The translations under genes were made by a program, and so were the position numbers. A DNA stretch of 32,000 nucleotides from Desulfocapsa sulfexigens DSM 10523. Its GTDB lineage: Bacteria; Desulfobacterota; Desulfobulbia; Desulfobulbales; Desulfocapsaceae. The stretch covers positions 3,240,001 to 3,272,000 of the forward strand of contig NC_020304.1 of the NCBI RefSeq assembly GCF_000341395.1, written 5' to 3'. The notes beneath the pieces are model-generated. The model was not told the DNA's origin. It worked only from the letters and a program-made list of their open reading frames with translations, and did not search any database. Within the stretch, counting starts at the first letter, position 1. The number at the start of each line of letters is the position of its first letter. Below are positions 1 through 9,713 of this stretch, in pieces.

Positions 1-1
1 A

Positions 2-145
2 GCAATTGCAGTAGCGCTTATCTGTATATTTCTCCTTGGAGTCTATTTAGGGAAAATAAGCAGGCAATTCTGGTTGTGGGCAGGACTGCGCACTGTATTT
101 ATAGCGTTGATTCTGGTGGCAACTATCCTCATGTTTGATATCTGA
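2..145 (+). CDS. 3' end of a membrane protein gene (VIT1/CCC1-like C-terminus), truncated by the window edge
   Basis: Open frame from the window edge to TGA at 143-145. The 47 aa AIAVALICIFLLGVYLGKISRQFWLWAGLRTVFIALILVATILMFDI form two hydrophobic helices resembling the VIT1/CCC1 transporter C-terminus. The family call is from memory and rests on a fragment only. Confidence 0.4.
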   Translation, partial: AIAVALICIFLLGVYLGKISRQFWLWAGLRTVFIALILVATILMFDI

Positions 146-360
146 AAATAAATCCAAAAATTTTCAGGTGATGTTCATCAGACATGAGAACAGAACAGTA
201 ATTGATCAACACTATGATAAATATCATCCAGAGTTATGTTCTCCATTTTGAATCCATGGCAAAAACAACACTGATATGGTAAGAGGTGTCAGGTTGCGGT
301 TTTGGCTGAACCCTGACAAGGAGATTTCAGACTCTGAACTCTAATGAGTTGTTAGATTAA

Positions 361-436
361 TGGAGCCGACAAGCGGGATCGAACCGCTGGCCTACGCTTT
401 ACGAGAGCGTCGCTCTACCAACTGAGCTATGTCGGC
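361..436 (-). tRNA. tRNA-Thr (anticodon CGU), CCA encoded
   Basis: The reverse complement reads GCCGACA-TA-GCTC-AGTTGGTA-GAGC-G-ACGCT-CTCGTAA-AGCGT-AGGCC-AGCGG-TTCGATC-CCGCT-TGTCGGC-T-CCA. This is a full cloverleaf with 7-bp acceptor, D, anticodon and T arms. The anticodon loop CTCGTAA gives anticodon CGT. Confidence 0.92.
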
Positions 437-559
437 TATCAGGAAAAATGATGATCTTTTTGACAAAAATAATGTTCTAATTTCATGGCTTGTATAGCAA
501 GGTCACCTATCAATGTCAAATATATTCCATTACCTTTAGTTGCAGGTAACCGTATCTCT

Positions 560-2047
560 ATGCAGCGTATCTTTTTTTCACTCCTGTTGTTATTGCTTTT
601 AAATGCCTGTTCAGAAGACCAGAAGCAGGAGGAAGGCAACGAAACATCTCCAGCCTCCAACTCTATTTCCACACCCCCCAAAGGATGCAAGGCCTGCCAC
701 AGCATGGTGCTCGATGTTGCTCACGATATGGATTGTACCGTCTGTCATGGTGGTTCAAACGACACTTCTTCCAAGGAACTGGCACACGAGAATCTGATAC
801 TGCGCCCAGCCCATCCTGATAATATGGTTAAGGTCTGCGGCAAATGTCACCAGGATCAGGTTGCGAGCACTGCCCATTCCCTTCACTTTACCTTGAAAAC
901 AGAAGTAAATCGTGTCCGCATCGCCTTTGGAGCTAAAGAAGAGCTTACCAGCCTTGTTGATGTTCCAGTCACCGATTCTCCCCAGACAATAGTCGAGCTC
1001 GCCGACGACCTGCTGAGGCGCCGTTGTCTGCGTTGTCATCCATATTTTTCAGGAGATCGCTACCCGGCCGTCGTGCGGGGAACGGGATGTGCCAGTTGTC
1101 ATCTCCAGTTTTATAAGGGAAAACTTGTTTCTCATTCCTTCCTCAAAACGCCCGGAGATGATCAATGTTTGCAATGCCACTATGGCAACTGGGTTGGATA
1201 TGACTATTATGGACGCTATGAACATGACATGAATGATGAATACCGGACTCCATACACAACTCGCCATGATTATTTTCGTCCATTTGGAGTCGAATTCCAC
1301 CAACTATCTCCAGATATTCACCAGAAAAAAGGCTTAGTCTGCGTTGATTGTCATGGTGGGCGAGAGCTCATGGCCCAGGGTGATACAAAAACACGTTGTG
1401 CGGATTGTCACGATAGGTCGAGAATTGAAAATCAATTATCATACTTTAATATCAACCGGAAAAATAATAAGGAGGATGAATTTACCCTTGTTTCAACTGG
1501 TGATGGCAAGGAACATACCATCCCCTTCATGAAACATGCCGCCCATCAGGAATACGCTGAAGTTGCTGGATGCCAGGTATGTCATGCTCAATGGTCATTT
1601 AATGACCTGGGAACCCACCTTTTAAGAAGTGATCTAAGTGAATATGACGCTTTTTCAAGAGTGTCTGTCCAGGGAAGCTTTGAAGTCGAACAGATTTTGA
1701 AAAATAACCTGAATTTCGACAATGAAGAAATGGCTCATTCAATGACAGATAAATTGAGTGGTGAAGCTAAGGATGGACTCTGGTACAAAGGTTACGAAAC
1801 CAGACGCTGGGAAAATATTATCATTGGCCGCGACAGTTCCGGACGACTCCAGGTAATGCGCCCCATACTTGATATCTATCTTTCCTGGATAGACGAAGAT
1901 GAGGATGTTCTTTTTGATTCAGTGCGCAGTAACGCTCAAAACAATGGATTACTCCCGTATGTCCCGCACACCACCGGGAAAGCAGGCATGTTCTACAGGG
2001 ATAGGATAAAGAATTTCCTGCAATCTGAAGAGGGAGCTGTGAAATAA
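560..2047 (+). CDS. multiheme (nine CXXCH) c-type cytochrome, probable lipoprotein
   Basis: Nine CXXCH motifs are present: CKACH, CTVCH, CGKCH, CLRCH, CASCH, CLQCH, CVDCH, CADCH, CQVCH. I moved the start to the internal ATG at 560 (MQRIFFSLLLLLLLNAC), which gives a signal peptide with a lipobox-like LNAC. The ORF-track start at 485 adds an unlikely 25 aa. Confidence 0.85.
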   Translation: MQRIFFSLLLLLLLNACSEDQKQEEGNETSPASNSISTPPKGCKACHSMVLDVAHDMDCTVCHGGSNDTSSKELAHENLILRPAHPDNMVKVCGKCHQDQVASTAHSLHFTLKTEVNRVRIAFGAKEELTSLVDVPVTDSPQTIVELADDLLRRRCLRCHPYFSGDRYPAVVRGTGCASCHLQFYKGKLVSHSFLKTPGDDQCLQCHYGNWVGYDYYGRYEHDMNDEYRTPYTTRHDYFRPFGVEFHQLSPDIHQKKGLVCVDCHGGRELMAQGDTKTRCADCHDRSRIENQLSYFNINRKNNKEDEFTLVSTGDGKEHTIPFMKHAAHQEYAEVAGCQVCHAQWSFNDLGTHLLRSDLSEYDAFSRVSVQGSFEVEQILKNNLNFDNEEMAHSMTDKLSGEAKDGLWYKGYETRRWENIIIGRDSSGRLQVMRPILDIYLSWIDEDEDVLFDSVRSNAQNNGLLPYVPHTTGKAGMFYRDRIKNFLQSEEGAVK

Positions 2048-2048
2048 T

Positions 2049-2828
2049 ATGCTTTCAAAGTCTTTTCCGATAAGGGGGAGTCTCTCCATCTTTACTCCTC
2101 TGCGAATGTTCCTGTTCTTTACGCTTCTCACCTTCTGTTTAACAACGGGCAGTAGTTCCGCTTCGCGACAAACTAGAAAACCCGCAACCCAGAAACCATA
2201 CGTCATTAATGATCGCCTGTACTCTCCTCTCCCCTCGGCTGATGGATATGAAGAGATTGGTATAGCCTCGTGGTATGGTCGTGACTTTCATGGCCGGCCC
2301 ACCTCAAATGGCGAAACCTATAACATGCACGATATCTCCGCAGCCCATAAACTGCTCCCCATGCATACAATGCTTCTTGTGAAAAATCTGAATAATGGCA
2401 AGGAGGTCGTTGTTCGAGTTAATGATCGAGGTCCATTTGTCCAGGGGAGGATAATTGATCTGAGTTATGGGGCTGCAAAGCAAATTGCTCTGGTTCATTC
2501 GGGGACGGCACGGGTGAAAGTCACTGCACTAGGTGAGTTACAGACAGACATTGAAACCGGGCAAAGATTTTTTAAGTCACATGCGGACCTACGCTCAGGG
2601 GAGTATTTTGTTCAGATTGGAGCATTTACTAAGAAGTACAATGGCCTGAAACTTCAGGAAAAATTTCTTGACGCAGGGCATCATGTAGTAATGACAAAAG
2701 CGGAAGTTAATGGACAGCTCTTTTATCGGGTACAGGTCTTTGTTGGCAGGACTTTAAACAGTGCCAGGAAAAGTGAGCAGGCATTGATTAAAAAGGGATA
2801 TAAGGGAGCTTTTATTCTGGCCAGATAA
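2049..2828 (+). CDS. rlpA: septal ring lytic transglycosylase RlpA family protein (DPBB domain plus C-terminal SPOR domain)
   Basis: GIASWYGRDFHGRPTSNGETYNMHDISAAHKLLPMHT...VRVNDRGPFVQGRIIDLSYGAA matches the RlpA double-psi beta-barrel. The C-terminal YFVQIGAFTKKYNGLKLQEKF...YRVQVF is SPOR-like. The N-terminus is a hydrophobic signal. The gene starts 1 nt after the cytochrome stop. Confidence 0.85.
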   Translation: MLSKSFPIRGSLSIFTPLRMFLFFTLLTFCLTTGSSSASRQTRKPATQKPYVINDRLYSPLPSADGYEEIGIASWYGRDFHGRPTSNGETYNMHDISAAHKLLPMHTMLLVKNLNNGKEVVVRVNDRGPFVQGRIIDLSYGAAKQIALVHSGTARVKVTALGELQTDIETGQRFFKSHADLRSGEYFVQIGAFTKKYNGLKLQEKFLDAGHHVVMTKAEVNGQLFYRVQVFVGRTLNSARKSEQALIKKGYKGAFILAR

Positions 2829-2872
2829 TTTTATAACTCTGTGCCGAGAATATATCTTCCCCAAACAGCACT

Positions 2873-3523
2873 CTATCTGGCGTCCGCCTGTCGTACGATT
2901 CGTACGAATTCCTTGAGCAGCTCATGATCTTTAATGCCCGGCTCCACCTCAACTCCTGAATTAACATCAACTCCAAATGGAGAAACGTTACGGATAGCAT
3001 TCTCGACATTATTAGGCGAAAGGCCTCCGGCAAGGATCATTGGTCGTTGTAACTCAAGAGCTTCGATAATACTCCAGTCAAAACTGGTACCCGTTCCACC
3101 AACACTACCCTTTTCGTAAGTGTCAAGGAGATAGCCGTGTACCAGATCATCATAGGGGGAAAAATCTTCTTTTTTACTGTTAGTACCTACCCTGAAAGCC
3201 TTTATTACATGGCAGGGTGATGTGAATCGTTCTACACGTTCACAATACTTGGGGCTTTCTTTACCATGAAGTTGAGCATGAGATAGACCACAGTACTCTA
3301 TTATCTCTTGGACCTCCTCCCTGTCACGGTCAACAAAGACCCCAACACAGTCTACAAATGGCGGTACCTTGGAGATAACTGCCCGTACAAAATCAGGGTA
3401 AACATTTCGCGGGCTCTTTTCGTAGAAAATAAAACCTAGGGCGTCAAGGCCTGCATTGACACCGGCCTCGACGTCCTTCTCGCGTGTCATGCCACACATC
3501 TTAATACGTGTTCGGGAGTGCAT
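2873..3523 (-). CDS. trpF: phosphoribosylanthranilate isomerase
   Basis: 216 aa. IKMCGMTREKDVEAGVNAGLDALGFIFYEKSPRNV and the C-terminal ILAGGLSPNNV are typical of PRAI. It is the last gene of the trpEGDCF cluster. Confidence 0.9.
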   Translation of the reverse strand: MHSRTRIKMCGMTREKDVEAGVNAGLDALGFIFYEKSPRNVYPDFVRAVISKVPPFVDCVGVFVDRDREEVQEIIEYCGLSHAQLHGKESPKYCERVERFTSPCHVIKAFRVGTNSKKEDFSPYDDLVHGYLLDTYEKGSVGGTGTSFDWSIIEALELQRPMILAGGLSPNNVENAIRNVSPFGVDVNSGVEVEPGIKDHELLKEFVRIVRQADAR

Positions 3524-3532
3524 TGTCTTTCC

Positions 3533-4315
3533 TTATTTCCCTCTCAGTCCCTGCAGACTATTTCCGCCATTTTTTCCACGCATCAATGACTCACCAATAA
3601 GGGCTGCACAGACGCCAGCCTGATCCAGACGATGAATGTCTTCGGCTGTTTTTAATCCAGACTCTCCAACCACTGCAATAGTATCCGGGATCATTTTTTT
3701 CAAGCGGAACGTGGTCTCGGTATCCATTGAGAAATCTTTAAGATTGCGATTATTGATACCAATAAGGTTGGCATCAGTCATGAGAACTGTTTCAAGCTCA
3801 GCCTCATCATGAACTTCCACAAGACAATCAATTGCGTATTCTTCAGCTTGAGCAAGAAAATCGTTCAATTGATGAATGTCAAGAATTGAGGCCATCAAAA
3901 GAATGGCATCAGCTCCGCAGATATGAGCTTCCTCTATCTGCAGAGGATCAATAATAAACTCTTTACGAAGAATGGGAAGATCCACACATTCTCTTACCTG
4001 GAGCAGGTACAGAAGCGATCCTTGAAAAAAACCCCTGTCGGTGAGTACCGAAATGGCCTGCGCTCCATTTTTCTGATAGTTCGTGGCAATGGCAACAGGA
4101 TCAAAATTGGGACAGATGACGCCCTTTGAGGGGGAAGCCTTTTTGACCTCAGCTATAATTGCAACGCCCTGATAATCTACCAGGGCCTGTCTGAATCCAC
4201 GGGGTGACTGAATTTCCTTTTCAGCAAATGCTTCAGGAATATGCACACCATGGTTTCGTAGCAATGCAACTTCTTCTTTCTTTTTCGCGACTATTACGTC
4301 TAAAATATGGGCCAT
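3533..4315 (-). CDS. trpC: indole-3-glycerol phosphate synthase
   Basis: 260 aa. IIAEVKKASPSKGVI, ISVLTD, LRKEFIID and GINNRNL are classical IGPS motifs. Confidence 0.92.
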   Translation of the reverse strand: MAHILDVIVAKKKEEVALLRNHGVHIPEAFAEKEIQSPRGFRQALVDYQGVAIIAEVKKASPSKGVICPNFDPVAIATNYQKNGAQAISVLTDRGFFQGSLLYLLQVRECVDLPILRKEFIIDPLQIEEAHICGADAILLMASILDIHQLNDFLAQAEEYAIDCLVEVHDEAELETVLMTDANLIGINNRNLKDFSMDTETTFRLKKMIPDTIAVVGESGLKTAEDIHRLDQAGVCAALIGESLMRGKNGGNSLQGLRGK

Positions 4316-4356
4316 AACTCAATAGTTAGCTGGTAAATGTAATGTATTGGTTGAAG

Positions 4357-5391
4357 TTAATTGCTATTGCTGTATTCGATTAATTGATCGAGTTTAGAAG
4401 CTGCTCTGCCGGAATCAATTACTTCTGCGGCGGCAAGAATTCCGGATTGCAAATCTTCGCACAGACCAGCAGCCATAAGTGCAGCACCACTATTTAAAAG
4501 AACCATATCCCGTTTAGGACCTTTTTCACCAGTTAACACAGCCCGCATCTGCTGAGCTGATTCTTCAGCATCTGCACCACCCTGCAGATCCTCAATGGTA
4601 GCATCTGCAAAACCAAAGTCAGCAGGATCGACAGAATAGGTCGTCACCTCTCCATTACGAAGTTCAGATACCCGGGTGGTTCCAGTAACTGTCAATTCAT
4701 CAAGGTTTCCCTCACCGTGTACCACCAGTGCCCTCTTAGATCCCAATTTGGCAAGAACTCTGGCCAGCGGTTCTGTCAGGTCACCACTAAAGACACCAAG
4801 CACCTGGACATTGGCACCTGCAGGATTGGTTAAAGGGCCGAGAATATTAAAGATGGTGCGAATGCCCATTTCCCTACGTGGCCCTATAGCATATTTCATA
4901 GCTCCATGAAGTGCAGGAGCAAAGAGAAATCCAATCCCAACTTTTTGAATACACTCTCCAATTTTTTCAGAACTGATATCCAGTGCAACACCAGCCGCTT
5001 CAAGCACATCAGCGCTACCGCAGTTACTGGATATGGAACGATTACCATGTTTCGCAACTGGAACCCCGGCTCCTGCAACGACAAAGGCACTGGTTGTGGA
5101 AACATTAAAAGTCCCAGAACCGTCACCACCTGTTCCGCACGTATCAACCAGTATATCACCAGAGGCCACATCAACTCCAGAAACAATAGCTGTTGCTTTG
5201 TCACGCATAACCCTCACTGCCCCAGTGATCTCCTCAACGGTTTCTCCCTTCATGCGGAGTGCGGTGATAAACGATCCAATCTGAGCATCTGTTGCGCTTC
5301 CACCCATGATTTCGTTCATCACGGCAACCATCTCTTTTTCGTTGAGATCCACTTTCAGGACAACTTTGGCAATTGCTTCTTTGATATTCAT
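4357..5391 (-). CDS. trpD: anthranilate phosphoribosyltransferase
   Basis: 344 aa. [26 protein letters not shown] and LGPLTNPA are TrpD signatures. Its start overlaps the trpG stop (ATGA). Confidence 0.95.
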   Translation of the reverse strand: MNIKEAIAKVVLKVDLNEKEMVAVMNEIMGGSATDAQIGSFITALRMKGETVEEITGAVRVMRDKATAIVSGVDVASGDILVDTCGTGGDGSGTFNVSTTSAFVVAGAGVPVAKHGNRSISSNCGSADVLEAAGVALDISSEKIGECIQKVGIGFLFAPALHGAMKYAIGPRREMGIRTIFNILGPLTNPAGANVQVLGVFSGDLTEPLARVLAKLGSKRALVVHGEGNLDELTVTGTTRVSELRNGEVTTYSVDPADFGFADATIEDLQGGADAEESAQQMRAVLTGEKGPKRDMVLLNSGAALMAAGLCEDLQSGILAAAEVIDSGRAASKLDQLIEYSNSN

Positions 5392-5981
5392 TTTTTATTT
5401 TTTTCCATCATAAAATTCTTAAGGAGTGTGACACCAGCTGGTGTCATAATGGATTCAGGGTGAAACTGAACACCCTCAAGATCCATTTCCCTGTGACGCA
5501 GTCCCATTATCTCTCCCTCCGCGGTCCATGCACTTATTTCAAAACATTCCGGAACTGTATGGTTGTCAACGAGAAGAGAATGATAGCGCATGCCGTCAAA
5601 AGGATTGGGAAGACCTGAGAAAACACCTTTATTGTCGTGATAAACGGGGGAAGTCTTGCCATGCATAATTCGTGAGGCACGAATAACTTTCCCTCCAAAG
5701 GCTTCCCCAATGGATTGATGACCAAGGCATACGCCGAGAAGTGGGATTTTGCCACCGAAATATCTGATAACATCGATGGAAACTCCAGCTTCAGATGGGG
5801 TGCAGGGGCCAGGTGAGACAAGAATGCGATCAGGCTTCATGGCAGCAATCTCTTCTACCCCTATTTTATCGTTACGGAATACCTTGATGTCAGTATTCTC
5901 TTGATTTTTGAGAGCATTTCCAGCAATGGTCTGGACAATATTATAGGTAAATGAATCGTAATTATCTATGATAACAAGCAT
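5388..5981 (-). CDS. trpG: anthranilate synthase component II (glutamine amidotransferase)
   Basis: 197 aa. [17 protein letters not shown], the LGVCLGHQ catalytic Cys and GVQFHPES match the class I GATase triad. It lies between trpE and trpD. Confidence 0.9.
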   Translation of the reverse strand: MLVIIDNYDSFTYNIVQTIAGNALKNQENTDIKVFRNDKIGVEEIAAMKPDRILVSPGPCTPSEAGVSIDVIRYFGGKIPLLGVCLGHQSIGEAFGGKVIRASRIMHGKTSPVYHDNKGVFSGLPNPFDGMRYHSLLVDNHTVPECFEISAWTAEGEIMGLRHREMDLEGVQFHPESIMTPAGVTLLKNFMMEKNKK

Positions 5982-5984
5982 GGC

Positions 5985-7490
5985 CTAAAACCCCTTCTCT
6001 GCAAGTTCGACTGCCCGTCGCAAGCCCATTGATTTGTTGATAGTCTCTTCATATTCTTTTTCAGGATCAGAATCAAAAACAACACCGGCACCAGCCTGGA
6101 TCCAGAGGTTGTCGCCCTGCATAACAAATGTTCTGATGGTAATGCAGAAATCCATATTCCCGGAAAAGCCAAAATATCCTACGGCACCGGCGTAGGGACC
6201 ACGACGTTCAGGTTCCAGCTCATCTATAATTTCCATTGCTCTGATCTTGGGAGCACCGCTTACAGTGCCTGCGGGAAAACAGGCCTTAATGAGATCAAAC
6301 TGGTCCTTATCTTCTGCTATAAGCCCGGTAACTCCTGAAACGATATGCATAACATGGCTGTAGCGTTCAACCACCAGTAAATCGGTAACTTCTACGCTCC
6401 CGGCCTGTGAGACCCTACCCACATCGTTTCGTCCAAGATCTACAAGCATCAGATGCTCAGCACGTTCTTTAGGATCCGCAAGCAGCTCCTTTTCCAAAGC
6501 TTCATCTTCTTCTCTGGTCTGGCCGCGTTTTCGTGTTCCTGCTATGGGACGAAGCTCTATGGCTTCATCTTCTTTACGAACCAGAATTTCCGGAGACGAT
6601 CCTATCTGGATAAGATCCCCAAGTTTGAGAAAAAAGAGATAGGGACTTGGGTTGATATGGCGCAAAGCACGGTAGAGATCCAGTGCTTTTATATCTGTAG
6701 TAGTGTGAAAACGCTGGGAGACAACAACCTGTATGATATCTCCAGCTTTAATGTATTCCCGAGCCTTTTCCACCATGGAACAAAAGTCCTGCTTCTTCAT
6801 GTTAGAGCTAAAAACATGCTCAGTCTTGCTTCCTTCTGAGCTTGATTCATGGAAGGAAATCGGAACCGGGGCCCTCAGGAGATCCACTACGGAGTCAATC
6901 TTGGCAACAGCCTCATCGTATAACTGAGTACTTATGCTCTTTGCATCTTTAGCCACCCAGCAGACAACAGTAACAGTTTGCTTGAAGCTGTCATGAATCA
7001 AAACAATCCTGGGAACCATGAAAGAGGAATCAGGAAAATCAAGAGGAGCCTTATCGCAGGGGAGCTCTTCCATAAATCGAACCATATCATATCCTAGAAA
7101 CCCTACAGCTCCACCGCTAAAACGGGGCAGGTCTGGATTTTCTGCTGCCTTAAAACTTTCCAGTAAAGATTGGAGTGTTTCAAGTGGATTAGACTCTGGG
7201 GCTGTGTTTTGGTTTAACTCCCCACTAAATGAATTGATGTCTATCTTTGATCCATAGGACGAAAATGTGAGGATCGGGTCAAAACCGATAAATGAATATC
7301 GCCCCCATTTCTCGCCACCCTCCATACTTTCGAAAAGAAAAATATGATTTTCCTGACCGGCGATTTTAGCAAAAAGAGTAAGAGGGGTGTCAAGATCAGA
7401 AATTATTTTACGGTATACGGGAACGAGCCCTGCCGTTTCCATGGTAGAGGCAAAATCATCGTACTGTGGAAAATGGGTAGTTGTAGGCAT
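5985..7490 (-). CDS. trpE: anthranilate synthase component I
   Basis: 501 aa. LFESMEGGEKWGRYSFIG, the IAGTRKRG-containing chorismate-binding core and the GAGVVFDSDPEKEYEET tail are present. Confidence 0.93.
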   Translation of the reverse strand: MPTTTHFPQYDDFASTMETAGLVPVYRKIISDLDTPLTLFAKIAGQENHIFLFESMEGGEKWGRYSFIGFDPILTFSSYGSKIDINSFSGELNQNTAPESNPLETLQSLLESFKAAENPDLPRFSGGAVGFLGYDMVRFMEELPCDKAPLDFPDSSFMVPRIVLIHDSFKQTVTVVCWVAKDAKSISTQLYDEAVAKIDSVVDLLRAPVPISFHESSSEGSKTEHVFSSNMKKQDFCSMVEKAREYIKAGDIIQVVVSQRFHTTTDIKALDLYRALRHINPSPYLFFLKLGDLIQIGSSPEILVRKEDEAIELRPIAGTRKRGQTREEDEALEKELLADPKERAEHLMLVDLGRNDVGRVSQAGSVEVTDLLVVERYSHVMHIVSGVTGLIAEDKDQFDLIKACFPAGTVSGAPKIRAMEIIDELEPERRGPYAGAVGYFGFSGNMDFCITIRTFVMQGDNLWIQAGAGVVFDSDPEKEYEETINKSMGLRRAVELAEKGF

Positions 7491-7567
7491 GGAGTAGACT
7501 GAAAAGTTAATATTACTAGTATTTTAACGTGTACAAATAAAAAAAATATGTAACATCATACCATAGT

Positions 7568-7605
7568 AAAAAAAAAAGGCCATAAAGTCTTATGACTTTA
7601 TGGCC
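7568..7605 (-). terminator. intrinsic terminator of rpsT
   Basis: Perfect 12-bp stem ggccataaagtc / gactttatggcc (7578-7589 and 7594-7605) with a 4-nt loop. On the minus strand it is followed by a T10 run (A10 at 7568-7577). It lies 53 nt downstream of the rpsT stop. Confidence 0.75.
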
Positions 7606-7658
7606 CAGTAACTAACCGTGAAAAGTGACAGGAATCACGTATTTAGTGAAAAATACGA

Positions 7659-7931
7659 TCAGGCTACAACCTGCATCTTGTTAACACGTTTGGTTAAACG
7701 GGAAACCTTCCTGGAGGCATTCTTCTTGTGAATGGTTCCCTTGGAAGCAGTTTTTGCAATCACCGGAACTGCCTTCATGAGTAATTCTTGAGCAGTTTCC
7801 TGCGACCCTTCAACTATAGCAGCATCAACTGCTTTTATTGCATTTCTCATACGGGTTCTGTTTATACGATTTCGAATACGACGATCCTGTGATTGACGAT
7901 TACGTTTTTCAGCGGATTTATGATTTGCCAC
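7659..7931 (-). CDS. rpsT: 30S ribosomal protein S20
   Basis: (V/M)ANHKSAEKRNRQSQDRRIRNRINRTRMRNAIK is the canonical S20 N-terminus. A GTG start at 7931 is preceded by GGAG (GGAGATATTTGTG). The ORF-track ATG at 7955 adds 8 non-homologous residues. Confidence 0.9.
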   Translation of the reverse strand: MANHKSAEKRNRQSQDRRIRNRINRTRMRNAIKAVDAAIVEGSQETAQELLMKAVPVIAKTASKGTIHKKNASRKVSRLTKRVNKMQVVA

Positions 7932-8204
7932 AAATATCTCCTGTAAGGGTATCAAATATATTGTTAACCGACTTAAGATGCCGGAAATTCTTTGTAAGTT
8001 TAATGTTACACTGTTAAAACTTGATAAAGAGCAGTATTTTTAATATGGTATCATCACAAAGTCAATAGAAAACACCTGCTGTTTTCGAAAATCTCTCAAA
8101 TGGAAATTTCTAATTGACTTGCCATGACTTCCCGAGATATCTTATATTTATAGATTGTTACTGTTTTGTATCTCTCATCTCGTATTTCTACCACTGGTTA
8201 TACT

Positions 8205-9305
8205 ATGGCCTTTCCAAAAGCAGTTTTTAAAGTTTCAGCAGTTAAAAACTGCCCTCTCTACTCTTTTGGAGATCTTTTCACCGTCGCAGGTATAACTATT
8301 TCAATGGTATCGAAAGAAGAAAACACCTTTGTTAACACAACTATAATTCATTCTCCGCTCAAGAAAGAAAAATGTAAGACCCTGAATGGTGACCTCACAA
8401 AGGTAATTATCCAGTACGAGCGTGCCGATAAAATTCCCGTTTGTATGATCAGTTGCAGCGGTTGCACCGGATCCATCCGCCTTGAATACACCAAAGATCT
8501 GGAACTCACGGCAAATGGTTCTGAAAAGGATTACACCAATGAGCTCGGATCTATGCTTCACCTACTCTCGGATTTTGCGTTCTTTAAAAACATAGATGAA
8601 GAGAATCTGGAAAAGGTGGTGAATTTTTTCCACCTGAACAAGCTCAAGAAAGACGATATTGTTATTCGAAAAGGTGATCCTGGTGGGAATTTTTATATCA
8701 TTATTACCGGATCTGTTAATGTGATTAATGATGTGGGAATGACTATCACCACACTTTCCAAGGGCGATGTCTTTGGTGAAATGAGCCTTATCTGTAATGA
8801 TTCCGTCGGTGCCACCATTCAGGTTCGCGAACCTTCTTCTATTCTCTATATCGATAGAAAGAATTTTCAGAAGATTCTTGAGCAATACCCCTCAATCCAA
8901 CTCTATTTCACACGCTTAATGGCCAAAAGGCTCACAAAATCAAACACTATTCGTACCGAGGATCTCTCTTCAGGAATGATAGGGAACCTTGCAGAGATTC
9001 CTGCAGAAGCGCTGTTTCAGACCCTGAACATGAACAACAAAACTGGAATACTCACCATAAGTGAACTCGTTAACGGCACTGCCAGGTTCTCCTTCAGGCA
9101 AGGTTCTCTCATCAAGGCGAAATATTACACCTACGAAGGAGAGGCTGCTTTTTACGAAATTTTAAAGGAGCAGGAAGGTCGTTTCCGCTTTACTCCAGGC
9201 ATACCTTCAGAAGATTTTGAAGTACCGGAAATCGGATATTTCATGAAGCTTCTTATGGAGGGTATGCGAAGACTTGATGAAGGCAGAAATATCAGGACAA
9301 ATTAA
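8205..9305 (+). CDS. three-part protein: Cys-rich N-terminal domain, cyclic nucleotide-binding (CAP_ED) domain, DUF4388 (PatA-N-like) domain
   Basis: cNMP domain: FFKNIDEENLEKVV...IRKGDPGGNFYIIITGSV...GDVFGEMSL. DUF4388-like C-terminus: GNLAEIPAEALFQTLNMNNKTGILTI...GSLIKAKYYTYEGEAAFYEILKEQEGRFRFTP. N-terminal ~110 aa carry CPLYSFGD and CMISCSGC. The start was moved to ATG 8205 (MAFPKAVF). Confidence 0.75.
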   Translation: MAFPKAVFKVSAVKNCPLYSFGDLFTVAGITISMVSKEENTFVNTTIIHSPLKKEKCKTLNGDLTKVIIQYERADKIPVCMISCSGCTGSIRLEYTKDLELTANGSEKDYTNELGSMLHLLSDFAFFKNIDEENLEKVVNFFHLNKLKKDDIVIRKGDPGGNFYIIITGSVNVINDVGMTITTLSKGDVFGEMSLICNDSVGATIQVREPSSILYIDRKNFQKILEQYPSIQLYFTRLMAKRLTKSNTIRTEDLSSGMIGNLAEIPAEALFQTLNMNNKTGILTISELVNGTARFSFRQGSLIKAKYYTYEGEAAFYEILKEQEGRFRFTPGIPSEDFEVPEIGYFMKLLMEGMRRLDEGRNIRTN

Positions 9306-9530
9306 TGTGTTAGGGCCTGTTGAACAAATCCGTAATTTTCCCCTCTATTCAAAATGGCATAAGCTGATTGCCGATGTGGTATTCATCCACACACCTTAAA
9401 TTCTCAAACTGTTAGCGGCAGATTCTTTTGCTATCCTGAAGGAAAACTTCACAAACCCCACCTCCTTGCACGTTTCATGCTCAAGGAAAAATCAGCTGTT
9501 AATGGACAAATAAAGTGATTACGGAATGGT

Positions 9531-9713
9531 TCAAATAAATTCAGTACATTGCTTAAGCCTATTAACCCTGAACTGATCTTTCTTGAAAATCGAAAAACAT
9601 TTGCCGCATTGATAGTGCAGTGGTGCCTTTAAAATTTTTCTTTTAAAAAAATTTCTATGAATTCTTCGTATTTTGTAGCTACCGCAGGATGGGCAATAAT
9701 GTTTTGATAGCAT
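9531..9713 (-). CDS. hypothetical small zinc-ribbon protein (two CxxC pairs); may be spurious
   Basis: MLSKHYCPSCGSYKIRRIHR...HYQCGKCFSIFKK has CPSC and CGKC about 30 aa apart. No clear RBS. It overlaps another ORF (9629-9895) in a different frame. Confidence 0.25.
   Translation of the reverse strand: MLSKHYCPSCGSYKIRRIHRNFFKRKILKAPLHYQCGKCFSIFKKDQFRVNRLKQCTEFI

Noticed and set aside
287-318. Hairpin TGTCAGG...CCTGACA downstream of tRNA-Thr on the minus strand.
   Set aside because: It has a 7-bp stem with an 18-nt loop and no following U-tract. That is not enough to call a terminator or an ncRNA.
4906-5463. 185-aa plus-strand ORF and many similar 60-150 aa ORFs inside trpD/E, U32, recD2, the DegT gene, panC and xseA (for example 6453-6839, 11995-12459, 13920-14390, 18247-18639, 20575-21033, 22156-22533).
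   Set aside because: All lie antisense to or out of frame with long genes of confident homology. They have low-complexity or Cys/Ser/Arg-rich composition and no RBS or domain signatures.
7491-7567. Searched upstream of trpE for a Trp-codon leader peptide, attenuator or T-box. An ACTAGT palindrome lies at 7515-7520, near a possible -10.
   Set aside because: There is no short ORF with tandem Trp codons, no alternative hairpins and no T-box specifier structure in the ~75 nt available. The ACTAGT resemblance to the TrpR operator core is too short to call.
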